This document shows positions 25,902-37,644 of a stretch of DNA of 64,000 nt, piece by piece. Under the pieces are notes generated by a model, which saw only the letters and a program-made list of their open reading frames with translations, was not told the origin of the DNA and did not search any database. The position numbers and the translations under genes were made by a program. The DNA lies in contig CBFFRP010000268.1 in the NCBI GenBank assembly GCA_965644295.1, forward strand, positions 51,391 to 115,390, in the 5' to 3' direction. This stretch comes from Paraphysomonas bandaiensis. Lineage: Eukaryota; Protista; Chrysophyceae. The stretch's first letter is position 1. Each line of letters begins with the position of its first letter.

Positions 25902-26027
25902 CAGGCTGCGTATCAATTAATTGATGCAGGTGCGTTGTAGTGAATTATAGTTGCAATTATGATTTTGATACCCCAATTTCAACTATTGCAATTTGAATAA
26001 TTGACAATTAATTCATACGCAGCCCTG
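25902..26027. mobile_element. Short hAT-like MITE (126 bp)
   Basis: Inverted termini CAGGCTGCGTATCAATTAATTG ... CAATTAATTCATACGCAGCCCTG. A related end occurs at 35576-35671. No clean TSD seen. Confidence 0.7.
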
Positions 26028-26443
26028 GTAATCAAACTAAGTTGTGAGCCTTGCTTTATTAACACCCCGGCATGTGTTGTGTGTACGGCACCAAGGAAAC
26101 TATACTTGTGACGTCTATGCATAATTACGAGAAACCCTGTGAATCAGAAAATATAAATCAACGAAGTCATATTTGTTCACTTACCTTATCACTGTTCACA
26201 ATGACTAGGTTGAACAAACTGTTTATGGTAAAACCAACCATCTAAGTTTGGTGTAGTGTTGAAAAGCTAAACACGAAGTAGAAAGGAAAAAGGAACAACT
26301 TTAGGAGTACTTTTACATGTGCTATATAATAACATTCACTACTTCAAGTATATACTAAGAGGGAAATGTTATAGAAGAATGTCTAAAAAGAGTAACACTG
26401 TCTAAAAACATCATAAAAAATAACAAATATCACTGATTCTTCC

Positions 26444-27472
26444 CTACATTTTGCACGAAGAAACTTTACCGGAACGGACGGAGCGGCTTTGCTGGTGATT
26501 TAGTAAAAATGCCAGCAGCTGATCCACTGTCATACCCTTTTTTTCAGCAATATCTAAAATAACAACAGTTCGGAAGACAGTGTAAGACAGACGCTTGCCG
26601 AACATAACACCCTTTGAATATGTTTTGTTGTTCGGATTATAATGCAATGCTATTGCTTTCTGGAAAATATGCTTGGCGTCCTGTCTGGTGAAATCCAGTT
26701 TAAACGTATCGAGCGGCACTATTTCGGTGTACATACACATATTCACTAAATCTTGTGACGACATATATCCATCCACACTGAACTTAGAAAATAGACTATA
26801 ACAACACTTCTCTTCTTCACACTTATCAGGCGCATTGAGGTCGGTGGCCTTGCTTATAACACTGTCGAGCTTCACGCTTTTAATTCTACGTACAATCTTT
26901 CGATTAGCTGCATTCCTTCGACTGAGACCAGCTCGCCAAATTTTCTGCAGCTTCAAACACGCGTTATGTTCTTTTAGTTCATCTACTGTCATCTGTCTAA
27001 TATCACTGCGAATATTTCGCTCACCATTTTCGTGCACAGGGCTAGGTTCAAAAGAGGATAGCTTTTCGAGTAGTACTGGGAGCGTAGACTCTTGTCGAAG
27101 GGCCACCTCAGGTAAAACAGCAAACCTGAAGCAGTTGAAATTGAATATAGAATTCTCTGATTTCTTCTCACAGTATAATACTTCAGCATCTTTTCTTGTG
27201 AAATATTTCTTTGTTAGCATCTTTGTGTCAACGCATAACTTTAAAAACTCATCTTTATCCATCTGACCGGTACAATATGAAAGATATAACGATAATATCT
27301 CCTTCTCCGTATCACTCCCCATAATATGTACAAATAGATCCCGATCAACCATATTATCTTGATCTTTTAATGCCTCCACAAGCATATCTTTGAATCTAAT
27401 CTTATCTGCGCATAATACCCCAACATCAGTAGGGCTTAACTTAGAGGGCATGGTTGATGCAGCTGAGCCCAT
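26444..27472 (-). CDS. p25-alpha (TPPP)-like repeat protein with an IQ motif and a predicted N-myristoylation site
   Basis: Starts MGSAAS. Two p25-alpha-like blocks (MDKDEFLKLCVDTKMLTKKYFTRKDAEVLY; MSSQDLVNMC...FTRQDAKHIFQK...KRLSYTVF...IAEKKG) flank the IQ motif ACLKLQKIWRAGLSRR. Confidence 0.7.
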   Translation of the reverse strand: MGSAASTMPSKLSPTDVGVLCADKIRFKDMLVEALKDQDNMVDRDLFVHIMGSDTEKEILSLYLSYCTGQMDKDEFLKLCVDTKMLTKKYFTRKDAEVLYCEKKSENSIFNFNCFRFAVLPEVALRQESTLPVLLEKLSSFEPSPVHENGERNIRSDIRQMTVDELKEHNACLKLQKIWRAGLSRRNAANRKIVRRIKSVKLDSVISKATDLNAPDKCEEEKCCYSLFSKFSVDGYMSSQDLVNMCMYTEIVPLDTFKLDFTRQDAKHIFQKAIALHYNPNNKTYSKGVMFGKRLSYTVFRTVVILDIAEKKGMTVDQLLAFLLNHQQSRSVRSGKVSSCKM

Positions 27473-27831
27473 GAGATATCGATGATAAATCGAATAGATC
27501 GATTGCACATCTGCTAATTGCACTTAAAGTGTTTGGTGTGTGGATCTGAATGGTGGCCGTTTTATGTACCCTCGAACCCATACTACCGTTACCGGATGTT
27601 TGCTATCACAAAATAGTCCCGTTACGGGTTGTAGTTGCTATGATCTTCATAGCTGAACATGTACATGTATGCCATGCTATGATGCAGAGTAGCAGTACTA
27701 GATATTCCACTCTGTGTGTACCAGCTGTAGCCTATAGCTATAAGTATAAGATTCTTCAGTGAGTATTAAGTAGCACGCAACATCCTATACTGTGTTATAT
27801 ATAGGATACAGTAAACACCATTGATATCATC

Positions 27832-28918
27832 ATGTGTGGTCGAGCGAGGTTTGTAACGTGTTCCATATCATCTTCCTCTATATCTTATATACTCTACAGA
27901 TGCTGTTTCTCTGAACCGCAACTAGAGTCTATGCACTCTGTACCACGTCGTAACTGGGTAAATATTCATTACTACGAACCTAAAAACAATATGGGACCTG
28001 GAATGTATTTCCCGGTATCATTTTCTGATCGAGATGGAAAAAGAAATTTGCAAGCTATGAAATGGGGGTTAGTCCCTTCGTTCACAAACTTAAAGAATGG
28101 TTCCAAACCAGACCACTTCGTTATGTTTAATGCTAGATCTGAAACTGTGGAATCCAAGCCATCTTTTCGTCGAATTGTTCAGTCTCAACGATGTTTAGTA
28201 ATTCTCAATGGTTTTTATGAATGGAAATCAGAGGGTCGCCAAAAGCAACCTTATTATGTGCATTGCGAAGGTGAAAAAACTCTCAAAATTGCGTGTGTAT
28301 TTGACACATGGATGGGAAGCACTGATAATGAGCCAATGTATACTTTTTCTATGTTAACCTGCGAGGCCAATCCGTCGCTTCGGTGGCTTCACCACCGCCA
28401 ACCACTCTTCCTCTCTGATTCGGAAGCGGAGGCTTGGATCGATAACACAAACCCTCCGCCCCATGGTGTAATTTTAAGGGGGAGAAATGACGAAATAAAG
28501 CCCGAAGACCGCGTTTCGTATATTCCTTCATCTATATCGCACTACCCGGTGACTTCCAAGATGTCCTCAATATCTTATCAGGAGGAAGATGCTTGTGCAC
28601 CCGTGAAACCCTCCAAGAGCATTACGTCATTTTTTAATAGGTAATGTCTGTGTGCCACGAAGTCAGTTTAATATTCTCCAAGCTGTACACTATATGTACT
28701 AATGATATGACAGGTCTCCACAGGATACACGTAAAGATGTGGCCAAGTCAAAAAGAAATAGGAATACCGAGGGATCGCATGACGAGAAATCAGATTTAGA
28801 CACGAAATCACCTACTCCTAATCAGTCTCTCGAGACGAGCCCATCAGCAGTGAGTAAGTCTCCGGGGACGAAACAAAAATCGGTGATGTCGTTCTTCAAG
28901 AAACAAAGGGTGGAGTGA
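27832..28918 (+). CDS. HMCES: SRAP-domain abasic-site sensor (HMCES/YedK-like); 3 exons
   Basis: MCGR N-terminus (catalytic Cys2), MKWGLVP, FNARSET, RCLV..NGFYEW, KQPYY, LHHRQP. Introns at 27849-27899 and from 28641. The tail ends QKSVMSFFKKQRVE*. Confidence 0.92.
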
Positions 28919-30196
28919 TGGATATGGTATTGTACACCTCATTGGCCGTGCGAATATTATTATATGAAGGATACATCTTGTTCAGTTGGGTGTCTATTAT
29001 AGTATTCAATGGCGTAAACGTTAAGAGCAGCCGAGCTTTGAAGTAGTGGCGTGATGCGGTGCACTTGTATCTGATACTGTATATTTTGTTTAAGTTGTGT
29101 AAAGTGACTGTTCAAACGAATTAAGTTTTACCTGATATAATTTTCTTTTGGATGAAAGTGGAATTTCATGGAACCATAATGTTTTGCTTCAGTGTATAGG
29201 TGTATATCAATCGCACGAAAAGAGACGACAGTTATGTAAAGCGTTACGGTTCTTTTACACACTTGACAATTCCTTTATTCATATAGTAGCTCGCAATCAA
29301 AATAACGCAAGAATTGTATATATTTAACCAATTTATTAAGTGTTTTGCTCACTCATAACTATAGAACGTCATGTATTAAGTACTCCCAGCTTGGTGACAT
29401 ACTAATCTGTGTGGCAATAGGCTTGACATTACCCTTAACATATAGATTTAGCTGCACAGCATATTCTACGAACTACATTCAACAATTGGCACTTTAATAA
29501 TTGATCATATCTATTATTTTAGCACGAATGGTTTACGGTCTGTATGTTCGACACTTATATCAGCCTCTACACCTGTCCCAGTAGGGACACCACCAGCTGA
29601 TACAGAGATATTATAATCCACTACTATTTTATGACAGTAGCTCCCCCTGTATGAACAATTACCTTATACTGTTTACAGGTTGAATAGAGTGGTAGAGTAT
29701 CCGATATCAGATATCTATTAATGAACTGGTACTAGCTATATCTAGCTATATCCATTGGACTGACAGGTGTACGTCTGCATATCCTATTTTCGTACCTATA
29801 TGTATCTCCTGTACCTACGGTGTGTATAGAGGTACCTACTGCATATACTGTACAGCTGTACGCCGCTGCTGTACAGCAGAGAACATCATATAGCATAATT
29901 TTGTCCATCAAACATTCTCTTTTAGGAAATTTCAAGCCAATCAATTGATTTAAATAAATTATACAAGTATATGATTTGTTCACAACACAACTGAACAGAT
30001 GTAATTAGAATTCCACCAAATATTTAGCAGCATATGGTCATGTACGCAATTATGATCTTGGCATCAACATTAGGTGAAGCTTATGTTATCTTCCACAGTT
30101 ATATATGATGTTGATCACGATCAAGTCATACCTAATTAAAGGGATTTAGAACTGATTAATTATTGTTTATTGACTCATTGAGTGAGTATCTATCTA

Positions 30197-31411
30197 ATGA
30201 GTAGTTCGTGTTTGGATGCAAAGAGAGATCCGACCCAATCTCCACAAGACAACTCCCTCTGCCGTGTGTCTACCCCGCAGTTGATTTCGGAGCAGGAAGA
30301 AAGTCCATCATCGAACTGCTCAGATTCCCATCTGGCGGATAGTGGTATGCATGTAAACGATGTTTCTGAAGAGAGTAATGTCAAGTGTCCATCAGCACTC
30401 GCTCATTCTGAATCATTGAAGATTGAAGAGCCCCCACTGAAGCGAATTCGTTCCAACTCAACAGAAGAGTCGTGTTCTAAATCAGAAAGCTGTGTGCCAC
30501 ATGATGCCTGTTCTTGGACAGGTAAAATATCTCAGCTAGATTCTCACATTTCGGAGTGCGAATACTCTCTCATTCGATGTCCATATGAACGATGTGGTAT
30601 ATCACTTCGCCGCAAAGACTTGAAAGAACACCAAGAAGAGTGCGCGTCGAAGGTATCACCGTGTCCATCCTGTGGGGTCAGTCAGAAGCAATCAGATCTT
30701 GACGAACATATGACAGCATGTAGGGCTACACTTTTGCCCTGTCCTAATAGATGCAAAGAAGGATCTGATGTTCGATTAATTCCCCGATCTAGTATACCGA
30801 GCCATATGTTGGAATGTCCGAATATTTCGTTGGCTTGTCCTTACGCGGCGGTTGGATGTTGCCAACGAGGCTCACGCTCAGAACTTCGAGAACACATGCG
30901 GGATGGGGCATCCCATATAAACACGCTTGTCAAAGCAGTGGTTACTCAAGGCAAACGTCTTGCTTATGTCTCTGAACAACTAAGCATTCGAACTTCAGAG
31001 CTGGTACACTTGAAAGACAGTTTGTCAGAAGCCAAAAACTGGACACATTCAGAGATTATTTGGCAAATACCTTCTATGCAGATATGTCGATCAGAATTTC
31101 AAATTATATCTGGTCGCAAGGTTTCAATTGCAATTTGGCCTGATCGGGACTCTGCAAGAGATATATGTCTAGGATTGAATATTCGCAGCCCTGTTCCCAC
31201 AACTGTAAAATTTGCTTTTGTTTTATATCGGGACAATGTTGAGATTAAACGTAGCATGGCAGCTATTGTTCATTGTTTTAATGGAACGGAATTATTTGGA
31301 TCGCCTTTCATGAGTATCAGCGATATTTTAGCCACAGGAGGAATCACAAAGCCGAAATCTTCTTTCACCATTGTGGCAGATATCGCAGTCAAACGTGCAT
31401 GCACATTTTAG
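30197..31411 (+). CDS. TRAF-type zinc finger protein with coiled-coil and MATH-like C-terminus
   Basis: CSWTGKISQLDSHISEC and repeated C-P...C...H...C fingers (CPYERC, CPSC, CPNRC, CPYAAVGC); helical segment; beta-rich tail IIWQI...VSIAIWP...LGLNI...FGSPF...FTIVADI. Confidence 0.85.
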   Translation: MSSSCLDAKRDPTQSPQDNSLCRVSTPQLISEQEESPSSNCSDSHLADSGMHVNDVSEESNVKCPSALAHSESLKIEEPPLKRIRSNSTEESCSKSESCVPHDACSWTGKISQLDSHISECEYSLIRCPYERCGISLRRKDLKEHQEECASKVSPCPSCGVSQKQSDLDEHMTACRATLLPCPNRCKEGSDVRLIPRSSIPSHMLECPNISLACPYAAVGCCQRGSRSELREHMRDGASHINTLVKAVVTQGKRLAYVSEQLSIRTSELVHLKDSLSEAKNWTHSEIIWQIPSMQICRSEFQIISGRKVSIAIWPDRDSARDICLGLNIRSPVPTTVKFAFVLYRDNVEIKRSMAAIVHCFNGTELFGSPFMSISDILATGGITKPKSSFTIVADIAVKRACTF

Positions 31412-32382
31412 TTGATATGAGTGAATATCAGTATAATTGATGATGTTTAGTTTTACCGTTCGTTATACAGTGCCAAATTCTTATTCTTAGTTTTTTATAA
31501 GTTTTTTCTTTTTAAGTTTATGATAAATTTAAAAAGTTTATTAATTTTGTTTATAAAATTGTTTTATACTAAGCAAGTACAGGAAGTAGTATCATGCATA
31601 TCGTTATACACTGGCATCTATTACAAGTTACGAGATAAGTACTACATTGTCTTTTTACATTCTCAATTCTTATCAGTTCACTTCTTGTAGCATAGACAAT
31701 ATGAGGACAAAGGATGCCATCATGGGAGGAACACATACTCTGATGATGTATTACAAAGTTGACGATTGGTTCTGTAACAGTATTAATTAGAAAACAAATT
31801 ATATATAGTATATATAGGTGGTTGGTGAGTACAATTCATGTGTCATGCATATTGGGTATTACATCAAACATGGAACCAACATTGAGGTCCACACTTTTCC
31901 CAGTACATTTACTATACTGTATGATCTCCTGTACAGTATTAGGGATCACCTCACTCTATTCCCAGGGTCATTTAATAGAACTTATTCCATCAAATACACA
32001 AACACAAAGATATGCCTCATATCTGATAGATTAATGTACCCTCATTGTAACTCTAGATCTTTAATGAGGACACTATACAGTCTGATGTACAGTATAGTAT
32101 CTATGTCCTCTATGATCATACGACTGGACAATATCCCAACAAGATATCTACATATCCGGGATTTTATATATAAATAATCAGTTTTTTCGAAAATCTTAGG
32201 ATTTGTAGGTAAAGTATTACTGCAGTACATAGCAGTGTATACAGGACAGTAGTAGCAGAAATACAGTATTGAAGTGGTGACTGTTACACTGTGCATATTA
32301 AGAAGTTTATATATATGCAGAGAGAGAGAGCAGATCCCTTCTGTTATGCTTAAAGCTATACACACTGCCTGGGATAGTTAAT

Positions 32383-34822
32383 ATGGGTGCTGGGGGATCA
32401 GTTGAACTGTCAACAGGTACCCTCCCTCGAGTGATTGTGGGTATTGATAAGCAAAGTAAAGTGGTGCGTTGTAAGAGGCAGCACTCTAAAGCTTGTCATG
32501 CACTGTCTCATCGATGGGAGGCCAGGGATTTAGCAGATACTTGGACAGTAGAATGTGAATATGAAGAGCCATATGAGTGCAAACTTTTTGAAGAAGAAAT
32601 TGAGAATCTCATAAAGTTTTTGGAGTTATGCTCCACACCCGTGTGGGTGGATTATGCGTGCATCAACCAAAACGACTATTCTGATAAAATAGCCCAGATT
32701 TCGATCATGGGATATTTATACTATAATGCCACTACACTTATTGTGGGATCAAAATTATCTCACGGCATGCCATCCGAGGACTACCTTTGTAGAGCTTGGT
32801 GTGTCCAAGAGAGAATGTTTGGCACCGTTCGACTTCCTTGGGATATGCAGTCTTGTGATCCAGCACGATTAATTGAATTTGCATGCTTATCATTAGAGCA
32901 TGTTCCCCATTTACGCGCTATACGGTATGTTAATGACGAAAAAGACAGACATGGTCGAATGTTATATCTGGACTACGTGGAAAAGCAGATGATGAAAGCA
33001 CTTCGGAGTTGGAAGTACCGCGCTGCAAGGATGCACATCAAGTCTATAATTAAGCTTATCCAGTCCCAAGAAACTAGTAACCGACGATACCAGGTGGCCT
33101 TGCAGGCATTAGAGATACGGCAGTTGATATCTTGCCATTCTGATGTTGATCCCGTTCAATGGGGCATGTTGATGTTTTCCAGTCAGTGTCAGGTTGCCAA
33201 AGATAGGTTATATGCAATTTGGGGAACCCCTATGTACCAAAAACGTCAAACTTTACCTTATGATGACCCTGAAAAAGCCTTGGAACTCGTAACACATTCC
33301 TTCCCTGCAGCTCGTTATGCATTCTATAACTCAGTGTCTGATCCATGCCAAAGTCTCTGTGGATATTTCACCTTTCGAGAATGGGATGAAGTGGCGCTCG
33401 ACATTATACTAGAAAATAAGACTTCTAAATCTAATCTTCCCATTACATGGTCTGCGCGATATACCCATAACACTTGCATTGTTGTCGTTGTTGGTGACCG
33501 CAGCGTGGGTTTCGGATTTGATAGGGACGTTTTTCGGCGCACACCAACAGCCGAAGTGCAAATATATCTTGTGGTAGATATTGGCGTTTTAAAGTCACAA
33601 AAGCATAAGAAATTGTTCTTTTCAGCTGTTGAACAGTTTTGCGAGCGTGTGGCTATTGTTTCGTCATCACTAACCAAAGGATTGAAAACTACTCTCGATA
33701 TACTATTTTTAGCCTTGTCGTTGGTACATGAAAGTCAGTTTTCACCTACCGATGTTGTTAGTAAAGAAGAGCACGACATGCTTATAGAAGAATCACTGGA
33801 GCACGATTATGTAATATGCGGTGGTGACTTTGATTCTATATGTGCACTGGAGCACGAGATGTGTGTTGAAAGCTCTCCCCCTTCTAATACGACACTCCAG
33901 TACTCTAACTTCTTGCGTGACGTGAAGTGTGCAATACTCGACATTCTAGTCAATGGCATGAAAATTTTGTTAGAGCAAAGTGAAATTCGAGATGTAATGA
34001 AACACGTTACCTGTCACGACGCTGTTCGGATAGTTAATTCTATAAATTTGGTGGGAAAAATTTCTCAGAGTGAATTCGATGCCTTGAAATCTCTTGGCAA
34101 CGATCCTATTATATTAGACTTGTGGGATCACAGGAGCGAATTCGAAGTGCCACATGTTTTAATGTACTACATACAAAGACTGGATCGGATAAATATGCCA
34201 GACTATGTACCAAATTTGGAAGAAATTCAGCACTGCCAGCTATCTCGCTCTTATAGCAGAGTTATTCGAAAGCATGTCAATCCCGTGAATGTTAGGTTTC
34301 ATAGTTATGTTAGGATTGAAGGATACGAAGATTTTCAATTTGTGGGTAAACTTGCATTTATTGCATTTGCAGTTCCGTTATACTGCTATAATGAGAAAAC
34401 CAGCAGCCCGGATGATAATAAAGTGGTATGTATACTGTTAGTAACTTCAATCGCCAGTAATTATTCTGCTGTAGCTTCTTGCGTTGAATGCTTTTTCTGA
34501 TCTCTGCTCATATATTGGTGGTTGCGGTAGTACCGCATATATTTCAATTGTTCTAGTACTACAAAAAAACGGGCGAGAATTTGAAAATATCGTGAAGGAG
34601 CACGGCATTCGTGACATGTTCCCTGATCATGAAGGTAATCAATACGACCCGGGCTCAGCTCAAGATTTTATTGTCTCTTTATTTAACGACATACATGATT
34701 CTATCCTCATTTCACGAAACACAAAGGTTTTTGTTACGGAGAATGTCAGAGATATTTTTGATTCCATCCTGCAAGATGTTGTTCTGACATCGTCAATGTA
34801 CGATACTGGATTATTAGTTTAG
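32383..34822 (+). CDS. HET-domain protein fused to a degenerate heterotrimeric G-alpha fold; 2 exons (intron 34426-34474)
   Basis: HET motifs ALSHRW, VWVDYACINQND..DKIAQISIMGYLY and RAWCVQE. G-alpha-like segments LWDHRSEFEV...YYIQRLDRINMPDYVP, AFIAFAVPLYCYNE, SIVLVLQK, IRDMFPDHEG, AQDFIVSLF and ENVRDIFDSILQDVVL...TGLL. Starts MGAGGS. Confidence 0.8.
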
Positions 34823-35575
34823 AGTTTAGAGCAGTCTGCCGGTCTTGTATATTGACAATCTGAATGTATAGTGACATTCTGTAGTTTAAAGTTTTATTGA
34901 TTATTCTACACATTAGCTGTACTAACACATACAGTTTGTTTGCAATATATTTTTAATGTGTCATAGATGTCTTCAATAGTAGTGATACTGTCGTGTCATG
35001 AGAAGAATGACACCAGTAAGAGCTTATGTAAGTAACCATCTATTATTTATACCTTTGCACTTATAATATATATGATCAAACGGTGAGTAACAAACAGAAG
35101 TATTAGCCGTAGTTAAACACGAATACATCAGTTGATAAAACTTAATATTTTCCTACTAATTCGAGTTTTTTTCGTAAAGAGTGGTTGCAGTGTCATAAAA
35201 AAGGCAGTCGTGAAGATTAAAAAAAGCGAACTCGGACAGAAAAGAATCAAATTAAAATATCTTTGCTCGATGAAGATGAATACGATTATGACAATTCCAG
35301 TCTAGTTCCAAATGACGACGCAGCGCAACGTTTGATTGATGGTAGCAGACAGCAGAAGTGAGCAAGACTTATAGCCAGCAAACACGTTACTGCAGTATGA
35401 AGCACTGGCATATCACAACCAAAAGGTTGAAAGGTTGTTCCGTAGAGCTAAGATTATCGTTTTGACGGGTTTGACTCCTCGACATTTAAGAGCTACTTAG
35501 ATTTTTACGCATGAACAGTCGCCTCTGGAATGAAATGACAGTTGAGGTAGCTATATTGACAGCTAGTCTACTTTA

Positions 35576-35765
35576 CAACTGAATAATTGCAATTAATTGA
35601 GACAGCAAGTAATAATTGCAATTATAATTGACTACAACCGGCGACAATCAATTAATTGATACGTATCCCTGCTAGGTTGAATATAATACTTAGACTAGGT
35701 ATTTACACCAGAAATAGTGTGACTAGGTTATACAATCAATTTGACTAGGTTGAATAACATTTCCC
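35576..35765. mobile_element. Composite of MITE ends: hAT-like terminus (to 35671) abutting the right half of the Mutator-like MITE (35672-35765)
   Basis: ...ATCAATTAATTGATACGTATCCCTG matches the 25902 element. It is followed directly by CTAGGTTGA...GACTAGG repeats ending TTGACTAGGTTGAATAACATTTCCC, which matches 7178-7201. Confidence 0.75.
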
Positions 35766-35948
35766 ATAAATAAGTAAAGTGGGACAAATAAGTCAAAAAC
35801 TAGTTTTCAAACGGTTAATGAGACATAAGAGCAAGGATTGCAGTTCCAACTTGTGTTCATAACGTAAAGATCAGTTGCCAACAATCACGTAACATACGTT
35901 TATTACAATACCATTAACTACGCCACTGTCCTAGAGCTAAGTCAAAGT

Positions 35949-37118
35949 TCACGAATCCTCTGTCGCTCGCCGATATGGAATCTTTCTGTGATCTTTGTTG
36001 GCGTTGCGCTTTCGCTTCTTAGACATGAATTGGTTTAGCTTTCCTGATTTCTTCAATTCATCGTATCTAAGCAGGAAATAAATGAACCCCACGATAAAAG
36101 TCAAGAAATTTTTACTAACCTAACTTCCAATGCTATTTCCTTCTTCGCAGAGTCCTTCAAGAAGAAAGCCTTTTTGCCTTGCTTCACCTAGTATTGTATA
36201 TATGTCACAGACATCTTGACCAAGGTATGAAATTGAACAATAAAGCAACTAATACCTTTTCTTTCTCCTCGAGTTTAGCCTGTTGCAAACGCTCTCGAAC
36301 TTTTACTTCGCGTCTTCTCTCAGTCATCTGTTGCTTCATTCTGAACAAATATAAGAATAGATGAGTACACGAGAACAAGATATGAGATACGGAATACACT
36401 ACAAAACGCATTATAATTATCTATATTGGGCTGAATGTGAGTACTTGACTAATTCTTGTTTAGCTTCTTCCTTAACAGCCGCACTTTTGGATTTGGCAAT
36501 CGTTTTTTGAAGCCTCTTAATTTCATCTTCCTATGTATTAACGAATGAGAATAGTCCCAAATTACACTGCTTCGTCAACCTGGTATTCATCTAAAAACTT
36601 ATACGAGTGGAGAAATTTATCGGTGTCAAGTCTTCCGCTTAAATCTGAAAATCTAAATACCGAAACTGAGAAAACTATTACAAGATATACCATAACAAAC
36701 CTGGGATCACGGCGTTTGGCGGTAGTATTATTGGCATCAACACGTAACCTAAGAATACCCAGTCATAAAATAGTACCCACATATCATGTAAGTAACACCT
36801 CCTGACGGGTTTATTAGACGGTAACTCTGCAGGAGCATTCTTATGTGCTTTTTTGTGTCCTTCTTTCGTAGAATTCTTTCTATCATTAGAAGCTGTACGA
36901 GCCAATCATATACATGGATGAAGATAATGTTACATACATGTTTTCTTTAGTTTTTTAGGGGGTTTATTAGAGTGTGATTGTGCTGCACGTTGATTTTTTT
37001 CTTCTTCACGTTGTAGTCTTTCATATAATGGAATATCAGTCACAGGTATGTCATCAGACACTGATTCAGAGTCCCATCCTTCATCTCCATCTATAGAATC
37101 ATGCTCTGAGTCACTCAT
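35949..37118 (-). CDS. RRP36: rRNA-processing protein RRP36; multi-exon
   Basis: KNAPAELPSNKPV, RRDPRF, LHSYKFLDEY and GKKAFFLKDSAKKEIALE. C-terminus ELKKSGKLNQFMSKKRKRNANKDHRKIP. Confidence 0.85.
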
Positions 37119-37276
37119 ATTGAATGTATTTAATGGTATGAGTTCCAGTGGCGTGTAATGCTGCGGTTAATACCACTGGAACAGTACTGCTCTCGTGTAC
37201 ATATACATACATATACACACGTCCATATACATACACACACGTCCATATACATACAGCCAACCACAGCTGTATAGTA

Positions 37277-37388
37277 TACTGCTGTACGGTATACCATACA
37301 CTGCATACTGCTGTCCTATATACTGTGTAGGATCTCTGTGTATATGTCAACATGCTATATGAAGTCGTAGTTTCTATATACAGCAGTA
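37277..37388. promoter_or_regulatory. Candidate oriented promoter motif CAGCAGTA in the RRP36/STX6 divergent promoter (example of a window-wide pattern)
   Basis: TACTGCTG at 37277 and 37306 (toward minus-strand RRP36); CAGCAGTA at 37381 (toward plus-strand STX6). The same arrangement is seen at 40312/40424. Confidence 0.5.
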
Positions 37389-37644
37389 TGCAGTGTTGGG
37401 TAGAGCCACTGTACAGCTGTATATATACAGTGTGTGTACAGACAACTAGAGGGCGCCTCCTAATACTATGATGATATCTCCCAACACATATATCACTACC
37501 ACAATAACGACACTCTAGACGAACTAATCTTTCATTGTGCACTGTGTGTCTTACATTGTGCGTGAAAAGGTTCAGTTCTATTAACAATTTATGTTTAAAA
37601 GAGACAACAACAGCGGCTCTGATAACGATACAGCGCCACTGATA

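Noticed and set aside
35160-35520. Coding-like fragments downstream of the HET-Galpha gene
   Set aside because: Multiple stops and no recognisable motif. Probably TE debris, but it cannot be supported.
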